From positions 87,544,001-87,608,000 of the forward strand of contig OZ024742.1 of NCBI GenBank assembly GCA_964016885.1: a DNA stretch of 64,000 bases. The letters run 5' to 3'. Of the stretch, positions 26,950 to 41,380 are shown one piece after another. Source of the DNA: Eledone cirrhosa. Its lineage: Eukaryota. The position numbers were made by a program, and so were the translations under genes. Below the pieces are notes generated by a model. The model was not told where the DNA came from. It saw only the letters and a list, made by a program, of their open reading frames with translations, and did no database searches. Each line of letters begins with the position of its first letter. Within the stretch, counting starts at the first letter, position 1.

Positions 26950-29090
26950 TTCATACCACTATCTGGTTTGTGGTTATATAACTGGGTTGCTTTTTCGAGC
27001 CTTTATTTTCAAGATAACTGCTAATCATTTCGTCACTTTATTTCTTCCTCTGCCATCTTTGTGTCCTCCCTTTTCTTGGAAACTCCAACACATTTCACTT
27101 TCACTTGAATTGTCAATATTGTGTTTAACGTATCTTATTATCAAGGCTAGTTCCTCTGCTGCACAAATTAAGTCTTATGTTACTGATTCAATGTCAAATT
27201 GCCGATACATCCTCTATTCTGTTCATCGCTTTTCTGAATCAATTCGCTTTTCGTTATATCATACCGTATTTTTCTTTTTTATTTTCAATTTTCAACACAT
27301 TTGACTTTTTCACTTCCAAATGTAATGATTTCGTGATATTCAAAATGTATAAGTCACCGCTATTTTCTCCTGCTATAACACATCATCCCCATATTATGAG
27401 TCTTCTCAATACTTTCTTTCGTACAGAGTTTAATCTGTAAACATCATTCCTTGGATGAAAATTTCCGTTCATTGTAAACATTTCATTTTCGTATCCACTC
27501 ATTGTAACTCGCCTAATTTCCATCTACACATTCCAGCTCTATACATTAGCAAGTACACTATCTCGCCATTACATGTTTCATATATATTTTTCGCAATTCA
27601 TCTTTTATTTTAAAATCAATCTTACTCCCCTGAAGTATTTTTATGTAAACTTAGTTTTCATTCCATCATAATGTCATTTTGCAAAGTTGCTAGATATTTG
27701 GAGCGCTTATCATCTTTTTTGCTTCATGAACTCTCCTAAACTTACTGATATTTCACCCATACATTTGATTTTACCTCGGTTCAGAATCAGTACACCACAT
27801 GTATGTAATCCCAATCAACGTTGGGTGTCCAGAGTAAATCGGTGCAATGTATTAGTCTTTTCCGTATAATTTCAGATCACCTTTGAAAATAGACGATTAG
27901 CCCTTTTGATGGTTTCCTCTTAAATGACACCCTACTTTATCTCTTATCAATATCTTAGTCGCGCAATATAAATAAAAAATAGAGGCAAACTATCATCTTG
28001 AAATATGCCTCTCCGGATTTCAATTGCGCCCAAAGTTTGTCTCTGTCATGTTAAATTGGGTTTCCGTTTGTCCATATTTTTCTTTGAAAACCTTTTATTC
28101 TTTGCAGATCCGACTAAATTTAGACAATCTATAATAGATGAGTATCTGGTGAAATCATATGCTTTACTTTAGACAATTCAAGATATTGCCATATATGTTA
28201 TCCTTCTTTTGGAGTCAGCTAGAATCGTCTTATCAATTAGGAAATTATATTAATTGCCTTTACATTTTTGTTTAAAAGATTTCTGCTCTTCTGGATGTTT
28301 ATTGTCCTCATCCAAGTGTTTGTACCTCTTATCTGCGATTATACACGAAAAATGACTTCCACATGAGTGTTGAACTATATATCTGTCTATATTCCTCAAC
28401 AGCGTTTTATTTGCCACGCATTTCATGCACTTAACAGCTCTGGCTTTTCTCCATTAGTCTGGCATTTCCTCCCTATTTTCTCTCTGTAACATTAAACTGA
28501 TCTGCAATCGTTGTGTGGCACGCCTTAAACCATTTCTATCCAATAGAATTGCATATGTACATACCTATCAACCTATCTCTCATTTACTATGCATGTCTTT
28601 CAGAATGTGTGACTATATTTCAATAGCCTTCTATTTGTGTATTATTACCACTTTATTAGAAAAGAATAGCATTACCAATAGCAAGGCAACTATCTGAATA
28701 GAGACGACAAAATGTTTGAGAGGCCGCTAGGAAGAATCAAACACTATTAACGACGACCCTTCGGTTCTTCTTCCCATTGAACACATACCCCCAATTTTTC
28801 GCTTTCACCTCGCAGCCTTCAACAGCACACGCAGCGTCCTGACTAAACACGTGTGCCGTTCTGTTCCGCTCCCCAAATCCTTCCCATGATATCTCGCTTG
28901 CTACTGACCACACTGCCACACATACAGCTTCATAACAACACAACCGCCTTTTATTTGTCCAAACCTTCTTTGTCAGAGATTCCTTCAATTGCAACTTCTC
29001 CAGTCTTGTCAGGCTCCTTTGCTCTCTATGCAATACGCTCTACATTGGACAAAAGAGTCGTTGACTAACGCAGAGGTACTCCGAGCATAT
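26950..29090 (-). mobile_element. Old, degenerate R4/Dong-like LINE
   Basis: Minus-strand remnants PEEQKSF..FLIDKTILADSKRR (about 28200-28295) and LICAAEELAL..YVKHNID (about 27110-27175). Confidence 0.6.
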
Positions 29091-29869
29091 ACGCCATATA
29101 TGCTTATATAGTATTTGCTGAAAATCATTTAGGGTTTATTATATATTTATTTCTTCTAAATACCCTAGAAATTTGGCCATTCTCATGCTCACGTTATTTC
29201 GAAACTCCCTAAAAGTAGTAGATTAAAAATCAAATCATATTTTCCCGGTTCGTTTGCGTTAAGTTCTTTCTTTCCTATATCTTTTAATAATTTACATGGA
29301 CTCAGCGGAAAATGTAACTGTTTCTTTGAAATAATTAACAATTCTATAATGTTATTGTTTAAATTCAATTATTCCCGCATAAGTTGTAATGAAAAACATT
29401 TCTTAGTACAAATACATGATAAATGCTAATTTTAAATGAAAATGAAATATTCAATGTTGTTTCATTATTTTGATTTGCTACCTAGGAAGCTAATTGATAT
29501 AATTCTAAGGATTCTTATATGCTGCATGTCATAATTCATCAGTATTGTATTTCTTGTGCCCTTTGTCTATCTATTTAAAACATATGCATAGTTTGAACAT
29601 TATGTTATCCATCACCCACTTGGTGCAGTACAAAAATATCAATTATTTATATATTGCATCTCTTGGGATTGTTCAGGATTAATAATGTTTATTTTTCTTC
29701 TTTTTTTTTGTTTGCATGTTTGGTATAATTCTGTTACCTTTCTCTACATTTATATTTTTGAAAATTGTATTTTGTGTTGATTTAATTGCATTTTATTTTT
29801 ATGGTTTGCAGGTATTTTGAGCGCTTATGTTAGCTTTCGTGAGGGGGCTGACAAATTTAATTTTGTATC

Positions 29870-30045
29870 TATTGTTGTTGTTGATGACGACCATGTTGTT
29901 AATGGTGATGGAGGGGATAATAAGGTTGATGATGTTGATAATGGTGATGATGATGATGATCACCATCATGATCATGATCATGATCATGAACATGATGATC
30001 ATGATAATGATGATGATGCCGATGATGATGATAATGATGTTGCGT
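29870..30045. repeat. Degenerate (GAT)/(CATGAT) simple repeat
   Basis: Seen directly. Confidence 0.85.
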
Positions 30046-30348
30046 TTAATGAGATTTTTTTTGCTCATCATGCTATCGTTAAAATGGTTTCATTTATTAG
30101 GAGAATACTAATTAGCAACATTGTATTTTTCTGTGAGATAATGTATATGCCTTAATTATATGCCTTAATTATCTATGTTGCACTTACAATTATTCTGTTG
30201 TTGTTATTATGCTAATATTTGTGTTGCTCGTAATTAACATCGTTGATTAGTGGGAGGAGAAATAAGAAAACTGTTTTTTTTTTCGTCTTTAAATGGAACA
30301 AATATACTTGGCGTAAAGATCTAAATTTAAATACACTTTAACATCATT

Positions 30349-30349
30349 T

Positions 30350-30421
<72 letters not shown>

Positions 30422-30449
30422 TTACTACTAATAATAATGCTGCTGCTGA

Positions 30450-30541
<92 letters not shown>

Positions 30542-30552
30542 ATACTACTACG

Positions 30553-30602
<50 letters not shown>

Positions 30603-30625
30603 CGTTGCTGCTGCTATTATTATTA
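30349..30625. repeat. (TAC)n microsatellite
   Basis: Seen directly; it explains the poly-Val and poly-Leu ORFs. Confidence 0.95.
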
Positions 30626-31925
30626 ACACCTTGGGATTCTGTTTTTTTTTTTCAGTTAGAAACATATTACAATAGAATATTTCATATCGATTTTGAATTC
30701 CAACCTATAAGATAGCTAACAAAGGATAAAGTTAAGCTTGAAAACTAGCTTACAAATAAAACTATTAGAGATAATATAATCATTTAGTTCCATGCATTCA
30801 AGTACAATATATATGGAACTAAGTATATCTCAATACATCTTAGGCGCCACTAAACTACAAGAAAACAGAGGACATATCGAAAAGGGAACGTTACGTTTTC
30901 CAGTTATGAGCATTCGTCATTTCATGTTTCATTTTATAAAATTAAGAATTACGTAATGAAAGATAGGGATAAGAGTCACCATATTCCAATATATATGATT
31001 AGTTTATATCAAACACATAATCAACCACTCTGAAACATCTGATAAATACATGCGTTATTGTTGCTGATTTTAGTATGCCTCAGTTATGAGTTCTTTAAAC
31101 GAATGTACTCCAAAATTCACAACTGCCCGAAGCACTGTATTTAATGCACCAGAATTTGGGGCTCGATTTAAATTCTATTTATGTTAGAAACAGATTTCAT
31201 GGCAGAACTCGCTAACTTTTAACGGATTATTTTGCAATATTTCACATACACACATGGCACAAACAATCATGACCTACCCTCATTGCATTTTGTATATCAT
31301 GAGAATGTAGAATACAATAAGTTTTGGGTCTGATATAATTATAGTTAGTAATCCGTTATAGCTGCTGCACCCAATGTTAGGAAAGCGATTAAATATGATA
31401 AAAAAATACAACTTCTCAAAATGTAACTTCTCATTCTCATCCCTTTATTTTTACTCATACAAATTAATATGTGTTTGCATTACACATCTGTTACGTTACT
31501 GAAACGATATTGATCGGTAGAGCATAATAATAGTCTAGCAAAACTATAGCGCATTATTAATGATTTCATGAAACTAAATATACGAGTTTAACATTTCTGA
31601 CACATGAAAAAGAATTTCAACGAATATACTACAAATATACAAACCTCATTATAAAGACTGAACAAAACCAAAAGAAAAAATGAAATGTTCACACTATGAA
31701 ATTAAAAGGAGTATTGATTCTACAACCAATGATTTCTAAGTAATTTCAATAAAAATTATTCGAAAATAATAGATTCCACAATATCAGCCGGTATTTTTAG
31801 TTGCGTTATTTTTTCAGGCACCTATTTTGATAGAATATAAAACGAATTGTTTTCGTTTAATTTTTTGATGTTCTAAACACACAAAAAATGCACACTGGGA
31901 TATATACATATATAGTTAAAGTGAA

Positions 31926-31971
<46 letters not shown>

Positions 31972-31975
<4 letters not shown>

Positions 31976-33219
31976 GTCAATGAGTTAGGACTTAGGATAA
32001 CAGTAGCTACCAAACTCTCAAGCGTAGATTTCTTAGACATTAATTTAGACCTTCGCACACACACACACACCCTTCCATAAACTAAACGAAAAACTCAATT
32101 ACATTCACAAGGACTCATGCCACCCTCCCACTGTATTTAGAAACTTCGTAAATAATATCAGTAGTAGAATCTCAAACCACTCCTCTAATAAGGCTATCTT
32201 TGACAGAACGGCACCTTGCTATAACACGGCGTTAGCTAACAGAGGCTTCTCACAACCTATCACATACTCTCCCATTATCAACAACAGCAATAAGAAAAGA
32301 AAGCGCAACAATAGACAAACTATCTGGTTCTCTCCTCCCTTCTCACTCAACGTTAAAACCAATGTAGGCAAAATATTTCCAGCCATCTTAGATAGACACT
32401 TCCCCATAGGTCATGAATACCGCTCCATATTTTACCGACACGAAATAAAACTAGGATACGCCTGCGCTCAGAACATGAAGGCCCACATCACCAACATCCC
32501 TAGGAGCAACACCCAACCGGGGTGCTCTTGCCGTAAGCCCGAAGCATACCCCCCTCAACAGCAATGCCACACACCATATGTAATTTATGAAGCAGTGGTC
32601 ACTTCCAACCTACCAAACCAACCACATGAGGTCAACATCCTATGTGGGCATGGCGGAGCACCGTTTTAAGGAAAGTTTCCTGAACCATCAGTCGATCTTT
32701 AGGTACCCGGACAGACGTTCATCCACGAAACTCGCGAGCCACGTATGGTCGCTCAAGGACACAAGTATATACTACTCCATTCAATGGAAAGCCATCACTA
32801 AGTCCAAGCCATACGCAAGGTGAAATCCGTTGTGTGGATTGTGTATTGACGAAGGAATAAATATTCTAAAGAGATTATGCAATAGTGATTGCCTAAACAC
32901 GAGTAAAGAATTGTTCACACGTTGTCCACATGTCTCAAAACACCTATTGCATAACTACAAGCCTCCAGATTGAATTAATTATTGTAACAACATCAATGTT
33001 TGTTCTTATCAACTAATCACTTTTCTGACTTTCGCAGTTATCTCCCTTACATCTCTCGCACGCATTTTATTATTTTCTCTCTGAACCGATGGATTTCTTC
33101 GCATGCGCGTTTGTACGGCTGTCCTTCCTGTTCCGTATAACCATGCCCATTACGAGCTGAGGACCCGCTAAGGTTAAACAATTGATCTCAGTATGGTGAA
33201 CTAACTGTTGTGTAACCAC

Positions 33220-33222
<3 letters not shown>
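31972..33222 (+). mobile_element. Naiad-like PLE, 5'-truncated and degenerate
   Basis: VDFLDINLDL, IWFSPPFS, CSCRK linker, VIYEA..YVGMA..FKE..NH GIY-YIG, CGLCIDE..RCPH. Hammerhead-like CTGAGGA..aaacaattg at about 33157; flanked by (TA)n. Confidence 0.75.
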
Positions 33223-33302
<80 letters not shown>

Positions 33303-33368
33303 ATACAATAACAGAGAAAGCCTTAAGCGATACTCTCACCAACTCCATCTCACTTAACAAACATTACG

Positions 33369-34015
33369 ATATACCTAAATATTTTCCCAATTTAGTGTTT
33401 GGGTGCTAACTAATCAGTATTTTGTGGATAGCTGGTTGTATTATTTTATATGAGACATAATAAAATAAATATCTCTTTCCTTCCAGACGAATGTTTCTAC
33501 AATTTGGTATAAATAATGTCCAGGTTATGTAGAAACTTGTATATAATGCATAGTTTTATACACAACCGGGCTCTTATAAAATTATTAGTGGATGCCCAAA
33601 TAGTATCGATATAAAAATTACATCGACATTAATAGATTAGTGATGGTCTCCTTCAGCGCTAAAAAGAGACTTGTAGAATTCGAAAATCCAGCAGTCCTCT
33701 CAAAGATAAAATATACGCTGCCCCCAAGAGAGTAAGGGCAGGTCATCTTAAAATATAAAACAATATACACGCTGGTCATTTAAACCACTTAGGTATTATA
33801 ACCACGTGTTTAAGAACTCAATTGGATATTAAATGTATAACCATATGTATACACAACCAATGCACACACATAGATATTAAAACATAATACATACATGTAT
33901 GGACCACCCATGTACACACCTAGTTATTCCCTAATGTTAAATCAGACATAGGATATACCTAAGTATTTTCCAATTTAGTGTTTGGGGTGCTAACTAATCA
34001 GTATTTCGTGGCATA
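33369..34015. repeat. About 60-bp direct repeats bounding an approximately 650-bp unit between (TA)n tracts
   Basis: gatatacctaa.tatttt.caatttagtgtttggg.tgctaactaatcagtattt at 33369 and 33952. Confidence 0.7.
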
Positions 34016-34169
<154 letters not shown>

Positions 34170-34177
34170 AATGTATG

Positions 34178-34232
<55 letters not shown>

Positions 34233-34237
<5 letters not shown>

Positions 34238-34706
34238 TAAACGGAATAGAAAAGGCTGACAAATTGTTCACAGTTGAAAAATGGTTTAATTAGGAATAAA
34301 AGAGTATTAGTGATTGTATGAGTTAGTATTCAGTTGTGGTTTTAAGTTTTTAAGTTTTTACCGGTTGCGCATTTCTAAATGCTTTTCAAAAATAATTTTG
34401 AGATAGAGTGTCCGTGCTGTTTGCTCTGATCTGATTAGTTTTGGGAATTCTACCTGTTTTTATGTTAAAAAAGTGGCTCCAGCGTTATTTTTGTGTTGCA
34501 AAAATGCTTGTGGTCAAAACAATTTTGATTGGTCGGTAGAGGTCATGTGAATTTAAAGAGTTGATTTTGCGCCAAGACTGTTTTTATGTAAAAAAAGTGG
34601 CTCCAGCAAAAATTCTTGGTCAAAACAATTTTGATTGGTCGGTAGAGGTCATGTGGATAAAAAATTGGTTTTGCGCCAAGATTGAGAAATGACTCTTTCA
34701 CAACAA

Positions 34707-34780
<74 letters not shown>

Positions 34781-34995
34781 ATATATGTGTGTGTGTGTGT
34801 GTGTAGTAGTTTTAGTAAGGTGTTGGATGCTGCGACAATGGCCAGCAGCGATGTGTGTCAAATGGCTATTAAGATAAGTGTGTGTGTGTGTGTATAGCAG
34901 AGTAATTCAATGGTCAGTAAGAATGTGTCTGAAAGCAATGGGGAGTATTTTAACATGTCAAAAGATATTTTTCAGCTTTTGTCTTATACGGAGAA

Positions 34996-35054
<59 letters not shown>

Positions 35055-38000
35055 AGTCTCTTTGTATGTTGATGTACGCGTGTATATGTGTTTGTGTATA
35101 TATGTGTGTGTGTGTGTGGGTGGACCAGTATGTTTTTCCCCCTGGTAAAATGGTGTACATTATTCGATGTTTTCAGTAAAATCGGTTCTATTAATAGAAC
35201 ATCAAAAATCTTAACAATAAAAGGTGTGAAATGATATTCACTATATATATATACACATACATATATTCACTACATATATATATATACACATATATACATA
35301 CATATATATGCACATATATTTTTTTGTATTGCACCATAGAGCATGTGTGTTTACGTGTGTCATTGTGTTTATATGTGGGTAGAGATGTGTGCTGATGTAG
35401 GTATGTATGTTGACGTGTGTATGTTGTGGGTTCGTCTTAGGGAGAAGTGTTTAGACGGGGTCCGTATTTGTTAATGAAGTAAGATTCAATACAACATGGC
35501 ACATAGAAACACACACCCATACTCTCAGTACAGGAACACCCCATTCAATCTACAACCACCAACCCGAACCACATTTGACAGCAACAAGGAATATAACAGA
35601 CACAGGAGACCACTTAACATCAGCAGACAACCCCTCTACCCCAACCATTTTTTAGACACAGCACACATATACAGGCAAACAAAATATCACAAGACAGGGA
35701 GGAGAAACCGATAGTAATAAAAATTATCAATCTTACTAGTGCAGAACCAACACCCAACCTTATCAACTTACTCCCCAAAGGTCTTAAATTCACACCGACC
35801 CCACTACGTCCTAACTACTATGAAATGAAGGAAGACATCACAGACTTCTGTAGAAAGTTACGACTTAGTGAACAACTATTCGACCAGTACAATGAGGATG
35901 AATCATTAGCCAGAAATAGAAGCAATTACACCCCTTCAAAAGGTAGAACTAAAATCCTGGACGAATTCTGTGAACACATCACAAACTTCCCTTACCAACA
36001 CTTGCACAGACAAAAACACAAGCCAAACCTCAACAAGAAAGAATGGGAAGAATTAAATAGATTAAAAACCGACAGAACCATTACAATTAAAGAGGCTGAG
36101 AAAGGGATTACAGTAGTCCTAATGGAGACAGAATTCTATATCAACTTAGCGCTCTCCACTTTGGAAAACGAAATATACTACGAAAAGGCTGAACACTACA
36201 ATCAACAGAAAATTATGAGAAACCTAAAAACTCTAATCAACCAATACAAAGAAGGACTCACTAACAAGGAATTCAGCCTCATCACAGACTTCACAAGTAA
36301 ATCCAGCCTTTTCTACGGTATCCCTAAAGTACATAAAAGCGAATCAATCAGTACGGCATGCAAGGAAGCCACAGACATAGTCATCAATGTGCCCTCACCC
36401 AATGATCTCAAATTAAGACCTATAATAGCAGGCCCCGCTTGCGTAACGCACGGTCTTAGCAACTTCATTGATACCCTTCTCAAACCCTTCCTCAAGCACA
36501 TCAAAAGCTATATAAGGGACGACCTAGATATGCTCAATCACCTCCCTAATATGCCACTTTCTGAACGAACCCTACTAGTGACGTTCGATGTAGTCAACCT
36601 ATACTCCAATATCCCCCACAACCTAGGAATAGAAGCTATCCAATTCTGGCTGGATAATTTCCACAATGAACTCCCACAACGCATCAAAAAAGAATTCGTG
36701 ATAGAGGGACTCAAATTTATCTTGGACAACATTTACTTCGTTTTCAATAACAAACCCTACAGGCAGAAATCTGGGACCGCTATGGGAACGGAAACAGCCT
36801 CTACTTATGCCAACCTAGTCATGGGATACCTTGAAATCACCCTCTACACTAAAGTGCTAAACAAATTTGGAAACACCCTCCACTTACACATTGAAAGGAA
36901 CTGGAAGCGATATCTAGATGACTGCTTCATCCTTTGGCACGAAAACATCGAAAAACTTAAAGAATGTCACACCCTTATAAATGGGCTCAACACAAATATT
37001 AACTTCACGATGGAATACAGCCATCAACAACTCCCCTTCCTCGACATCCTCATTAAGATCCATAACAACAAAATAGAAACAGACATATACTACAAGCCCA
37101 CAGACTCCAAGCAATATCTCCCCTTCAACTCTTGCCACCCAAGACACGTTAACATTAATATTCCCTACAACTTAGCCAAGATAATCTGTACTATAGTCTC
37201 CAATAAAAACATCTGCTACTTACGGCTACAAGAACTAAAGGACACACTCATAGGCAGGGACTACCCTGCATCAATAATTGACAATGGAATCCAACGTGCC
37301 CTAAAACTCAGTACCCAGGACCTTAGACACCCTAAAGTAAATCATCCAAAACTAAAAGCTCTTCCATACATCTCCACACACAACCCCCTCAACAATGAGG
37401 CCTTTGACACCATCCTCCAGAACATCCCTGTATTGAAAAAGGACCATAGAATGAACCAAATTCTACGAACACACGATATCATAAAGAGCAAAAGACAATC
37501 CGAGTCAATGAAAAACATCTTAACACATGCCAAAGTACTGCCAACCACAACAACGAAACCCACAATAAAAGAATGCGATAGACCCAACTGTGGCATTTGC
37601 ATCAACCTAATAGAGGGTTCGGAATTCTATTTCAAAGATGGACAACGTTTTATAGTAAAACACAATTTCACATGTGCATCGGAAAATCTAATATATGTAT
37701 TAACTTGTTCAGGTTGTCGAGAACAATACATAGGCCAGACCAAAAACAGCCTCCGCCAACGCATGACTGTCCATAGATCCCAAATTAAAATACGGGAATA
37801 CAGGAAAATACCACTGAGTGAACACATTGATACTTGTGCCGCCCAAAATCATCCCAACTTCAGAATCTTTCCCCTCTACAAATTTAAAGATAATGCCACC
37901 CACACCCAGCGCATCAGCAAGGAATCTTTCTTCATTAACAAATACGGACCCCGTCTAAACACTTCTCCCTAAGACGAACCCACAACATACACACGTCAAC

Positions 38001-38354
38001 ATACATACCTACATCAGCACACATCTCTACCCACATATAAACACAATGACACACGTAAACACACATGCTCTATGGTGCAATACAAACAAATATATGTGCA
38101 TATATATGTATGTATATATGTTTATATATATATATATGTAGTGAATATATGTATGTGTATATATATATAGTGAATATCATTTCACACCTTTTATTGTTAA
38201 GATTTTTTGATGTTCATTTAAGAGAACCGATTTTACATTAAAAATCGAATAATGTACACCATTTTACCAGGGGTAAAAAATACTGGTCCACCCACACACA
38301 CACACATATATACACAAACACATACACACGCGTACATCAACATACAAAGAGACT

Positions 38355-38393
<39 letters not shown>

Positions 38394-38588
38394 TTCTCCG
38401 TATAAGACAAAAGCTGAAAAATATCTTTTGACATGCTAAAATTCCACACATTGCTTTCAGACACATTCTTACTGACCATCGAATTACTCTGCTATACACA
38501 CACACACTTACACACACTTATCTTAATAGCCATGTGACACACATCGCTGCTGGCCATTGTCGCAGCATCGAACACCTTACTACTACTA

Positions 38589-38684
<96 letters not shown>

Positions 38685-39050
38685 ACACACACACACATAT
38701 TTGTTGTGAAAGAGTCATTTCTCAATCTTGGCGCAAAACAAATTTTTTATCCACATGACATCTACCGACCAATCAAAATTGTTTTGACCAAGAATTTTGC
38801 TGGAGCCACTTTTTTAACATAAAAAAAGGTAGAATTCCCAAAACTAATCAGATCAGAGCAAACAGCACGGACACTCTATCTCAAAATTATTTTTGAAAAG
38901 CATTTAGAAATGCGCAACCGGTAAAAACTTAAAAACTTAAAACCACAACTGAATACTAACCCATACAATCACTAATACTCTTTTATTCCTAATTAAACCA
39001 TTTTTCAACTGTGAACAATTTGTCAGCATTTTCTATTCCGTTTACCAATA
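34233..39050 (+). mobile_element. Neptune-type Penelope-like element with long inverted pLTR (34233-35479 vs 37929-39050)
   Basis: The RT plus GIY-YIG ORF is bracketed by 1.1-1.25-kb inverted repeats that include the last about 45 nt of the ORF; inserted in (TA)n. Confidence 0.92.
35714..37972 (+). CDS. PLE reverse transcriptase/GIY-YIG endonuclease (Neptune-like)
   Basis: The frame is open upstream of Met 35825 (IINLT..LLPKGLKFTPTP; nearest upstream stop 35615-35617). Motifs: EKG (DKG motif), FDVVNLYSNI, GTAMG, RYLDD, Cys linker CDRPNCGIC, LIYVLTC..C..QYIGQT. Confidence 0.93.
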   Translation, partial: VIKIINLTSAEPTPNLINLLPKGLKFTPTPLRPNYYEMKEDITDFCRKLRLSEQLFDQYNEDESLARNRSNYTPSKGRTKILDEFCEHITNFPYQHLHRQKHKPNLNKKEWEELNRLKTDRTITIKEAEKGITVVLMETEFYINLALSTLENEIYYEKAEHYNQQKIMRNLKTLINQYKEGLTNKEFSLITDFTSKSSLFYGIPKVHKSESISTACKEATDIVINVPSPNDLKLRPIIAGPACVTHGLSNFIDTLLKPFLKHIKSYIRDDLDMLNHLPNMPLSERTLLVTFDVVNLYSNIPHNLGIEAIQFWLDNFHNELPQRIKKEFVIEGLKFILDNIYFVFNNKPYRQKSGTAMGTETASTYANLVMGYLEITLYTKVLNKFGNTLHLHIERNWKRYLDDCFILWHENIEKLKECHTLINGLNTNINFTMEYSHQQLPFLDILIKIHNNKIETDIYYKPTDSKQYLPFNSCHPRHVNINIPYNLAKIICTIVSNKNICYLRLQELKDTLIGRDYPASIIDNGIQRALKLSTQDLRHPKVNHPKLKALPYISTHNPLNNEAFDTILQNIPVLKKDHRMNQILRTHDIIKSKRQSESMKNILTHAKVLPTTTTKPTIKECDRPNCGICINLIEGSEFYFKDGQRFIVKHNFTCASENLIYVLTCSGCREQYIGQTKNSLRQRMTVHRSQIKIREYRKIPLSEHIDTCAAQNHPNFRIFPLYKFKDNATHTQRISKESFFINKYGPRLNTSP

Positions 39051-39087
39051 TATAATAACTTGTGTGTTACACCTCTATTCTTTTAAC

Positions 39088-39242
<155 letters not shown>

Positions 39243-39885
39243 GAGGGTGTATGTTAAGTGTTTCCGTAGAAATGTTTAAGGAGAGAAGGTGTGCTCTATG
39301 TATCGTACAAAGTTATTTAATTATGTAATAAACAAGACAATATAATTATTCCATTAGCCAAGGTTCCACAAAGCTAGACACTTCTAACAGAAACGTCTGT
39401 TTCGTTTATCACATGAAATATCTTTATTATAATAAAGATATTTCATCTTCATTGGGTAATGGAATAATTATATTTTGTTGTTTATTACATAATTAATTAT
39501 ATATATATGTGTGTGGTGTGTGTGGGTGTTTGTTTGTGTGTCTGTGTGTCTGTGTGTTTACAGGTAGATATATAGTCACAAACATAAATATACATTGAAT
39601 ATCTTCGATTTAGAGACAAGGAGGACCAAAATTACCGGTAGTTGTCAATGCACGTGGAGAAACAGACGGTTTATAATGGAACGTACAAAGCACCCACGAA
39701 ATCGCGGGGTTCCGGATTCTATCTAACAAGCCTTTTCAAAGCTGTACGATTAAAAGTTTTGATCCCTACAATCCGAAACCGCTAGGTGTCATTCCCTTCT
39801 CTCTCACACAATTACACACACACATACACACACACACACAACACATATATATATATAATAACAATAATAATAATAATAATAATAC

Positions 39886-41380
39886 TATTGTTCTACATGG
39901 ATGACCTGAAACTATTTGCAAAATATGATGAACAATTGCAAGGGCTATTATCCACTGTGGAGCAGTTCAGTGATGAGATTAAAATGGAGTTTGGACTAGA
40001 TAAATGCGCCAAAGCAACATTCACCAGAGGAAAATTGCTGAAAAATTCAGTCATTAATCTTGATCGGGGGAATGTGATAAGAGCAAATGATCAAGAGGAA
40101 ACTTACAAATATCTATTTGTGAAGGAGATGGAATGAAGCACTCGACAATGAGGGAAAGGATAAGGAAGGAATGTTACCGCAGAGTAAGAGCAATCTTAAG
40201 AACGGAATTGAATGCTCGGAATATGATCGATCCCATAAACACGCTTGCCATACCAGTAGTATCCTAAAGTTACAATGTCATCAACTTGACAAACTCATAG
40301 ATCCGTAGGCTCGATACAAAAATTAGAAAATGCATAACCATGCACAGGAAAGAAGGAGGACGTGGGTTAATCCAGTTAGATATTGCGTTGAAAACTGAAA
40401 CAATTGGATTATCTACATATCTAACGGAATCACATTATTGGATGATCAAACTCGTTTTGAAATACGAAATCATCAAAATATCATACTCCTTTACAAAAGA
40501 TGCACAAATATACAGTAATGGACTACACATTTCAGAAGTCCCATTTACTGCTGAAATGGAAAACACTGAAAAAGCAAAGCAGGTAAAAGTAACTGCAAAG
40601 AAAGAATTGCTACATAAACTGGCTAAGAAATGGCAAAAAAGCATCTGTATCTAAAATACCCAGAAAGAGCTAACAATCCTGATGTTGACAACACTTTAAC
40701 GTATCAGTGGTTTGCATCATCTGGACTGAAATCGGAACCTGAAGGACTGATTATTTTGACTGATTATTTTGACCTGCCCCATCAAAAGAGTTGGTGGGAG
40801 CATCAACCATCTCCCATACTCGAAAAAGATCACATCTCAAACTTATGAAACTTTAGGATCCAAACAGACCGAAAAATAGATGCAAATAGACCTGATATAA
40901 TACTGAAGGACATTAAAAAGAGGGTATGCCGGCTAATTGATATGTCCGTTCCAATAGACAAGCATGTATCTATAAAAACATTTGAAACATTGAGCAAGTA
41001 TAGGGATCTGGTGATAGAAATAGGAGTATGTGGAAATTGAGAACTAAAACAATACCAGTGGTAGTAGTCGCTCTAAGAATGATACCTAAGGGGTCTAAAG
41101 ATTACTAATCGCAAATCCCAGGAAACCCGCGTATAGGAGAAATACAAAAGATAGTGCTAATGGGAAATGCCCATATACTAAGGAAGATCATATACTAAGG
41201 AAGAGTATGTCAATATAAGTACATCAGATGTCTAAACACCTAAAGATGAATGTGTGTGTATGTATGTTCTTTCTTGAAGATGGCGGACCTTGTTGTCTCT
41301 TGAGGTCAATGGTTGTGACTTGGTCATAACTCGTATGAACATAAAGCAAGATAAATGCAACTGTAATGATAATAATAATA
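39886..41380 (+). mobile_element. R4/Dong-like LINE, 5'-truncated and degenerate
   Basis: LFYMDDLKLFAK, MEFGLDKCA, RKEGGRGL, QTDRKIDANRPDII; preceded and followed by (TAA)n. Confidence 0.88.

Noticed and set aside
29811-30155. Asp/His-rich ORF after a tttgcag acceptor-like site (metal-binding-like)
   Set aside because: It is a degenerate (GAT)n repeat with no CCP features or clear donor, and the flanking exons already join in frame without it.
32821-32823. In-frame TGA in a Naiad-like PLE (possible selenocysteine, known in some Naiads)
   Set aside because: It does not fall at a conserved Cys, the copy has frameshifts, and no SECIS was recognised.
34455-34680. CRISPR-like or satellite array
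   Set aside because: Only two copies inside a PLE arm, in a eukaryotic context, with no spacers or cas genes.
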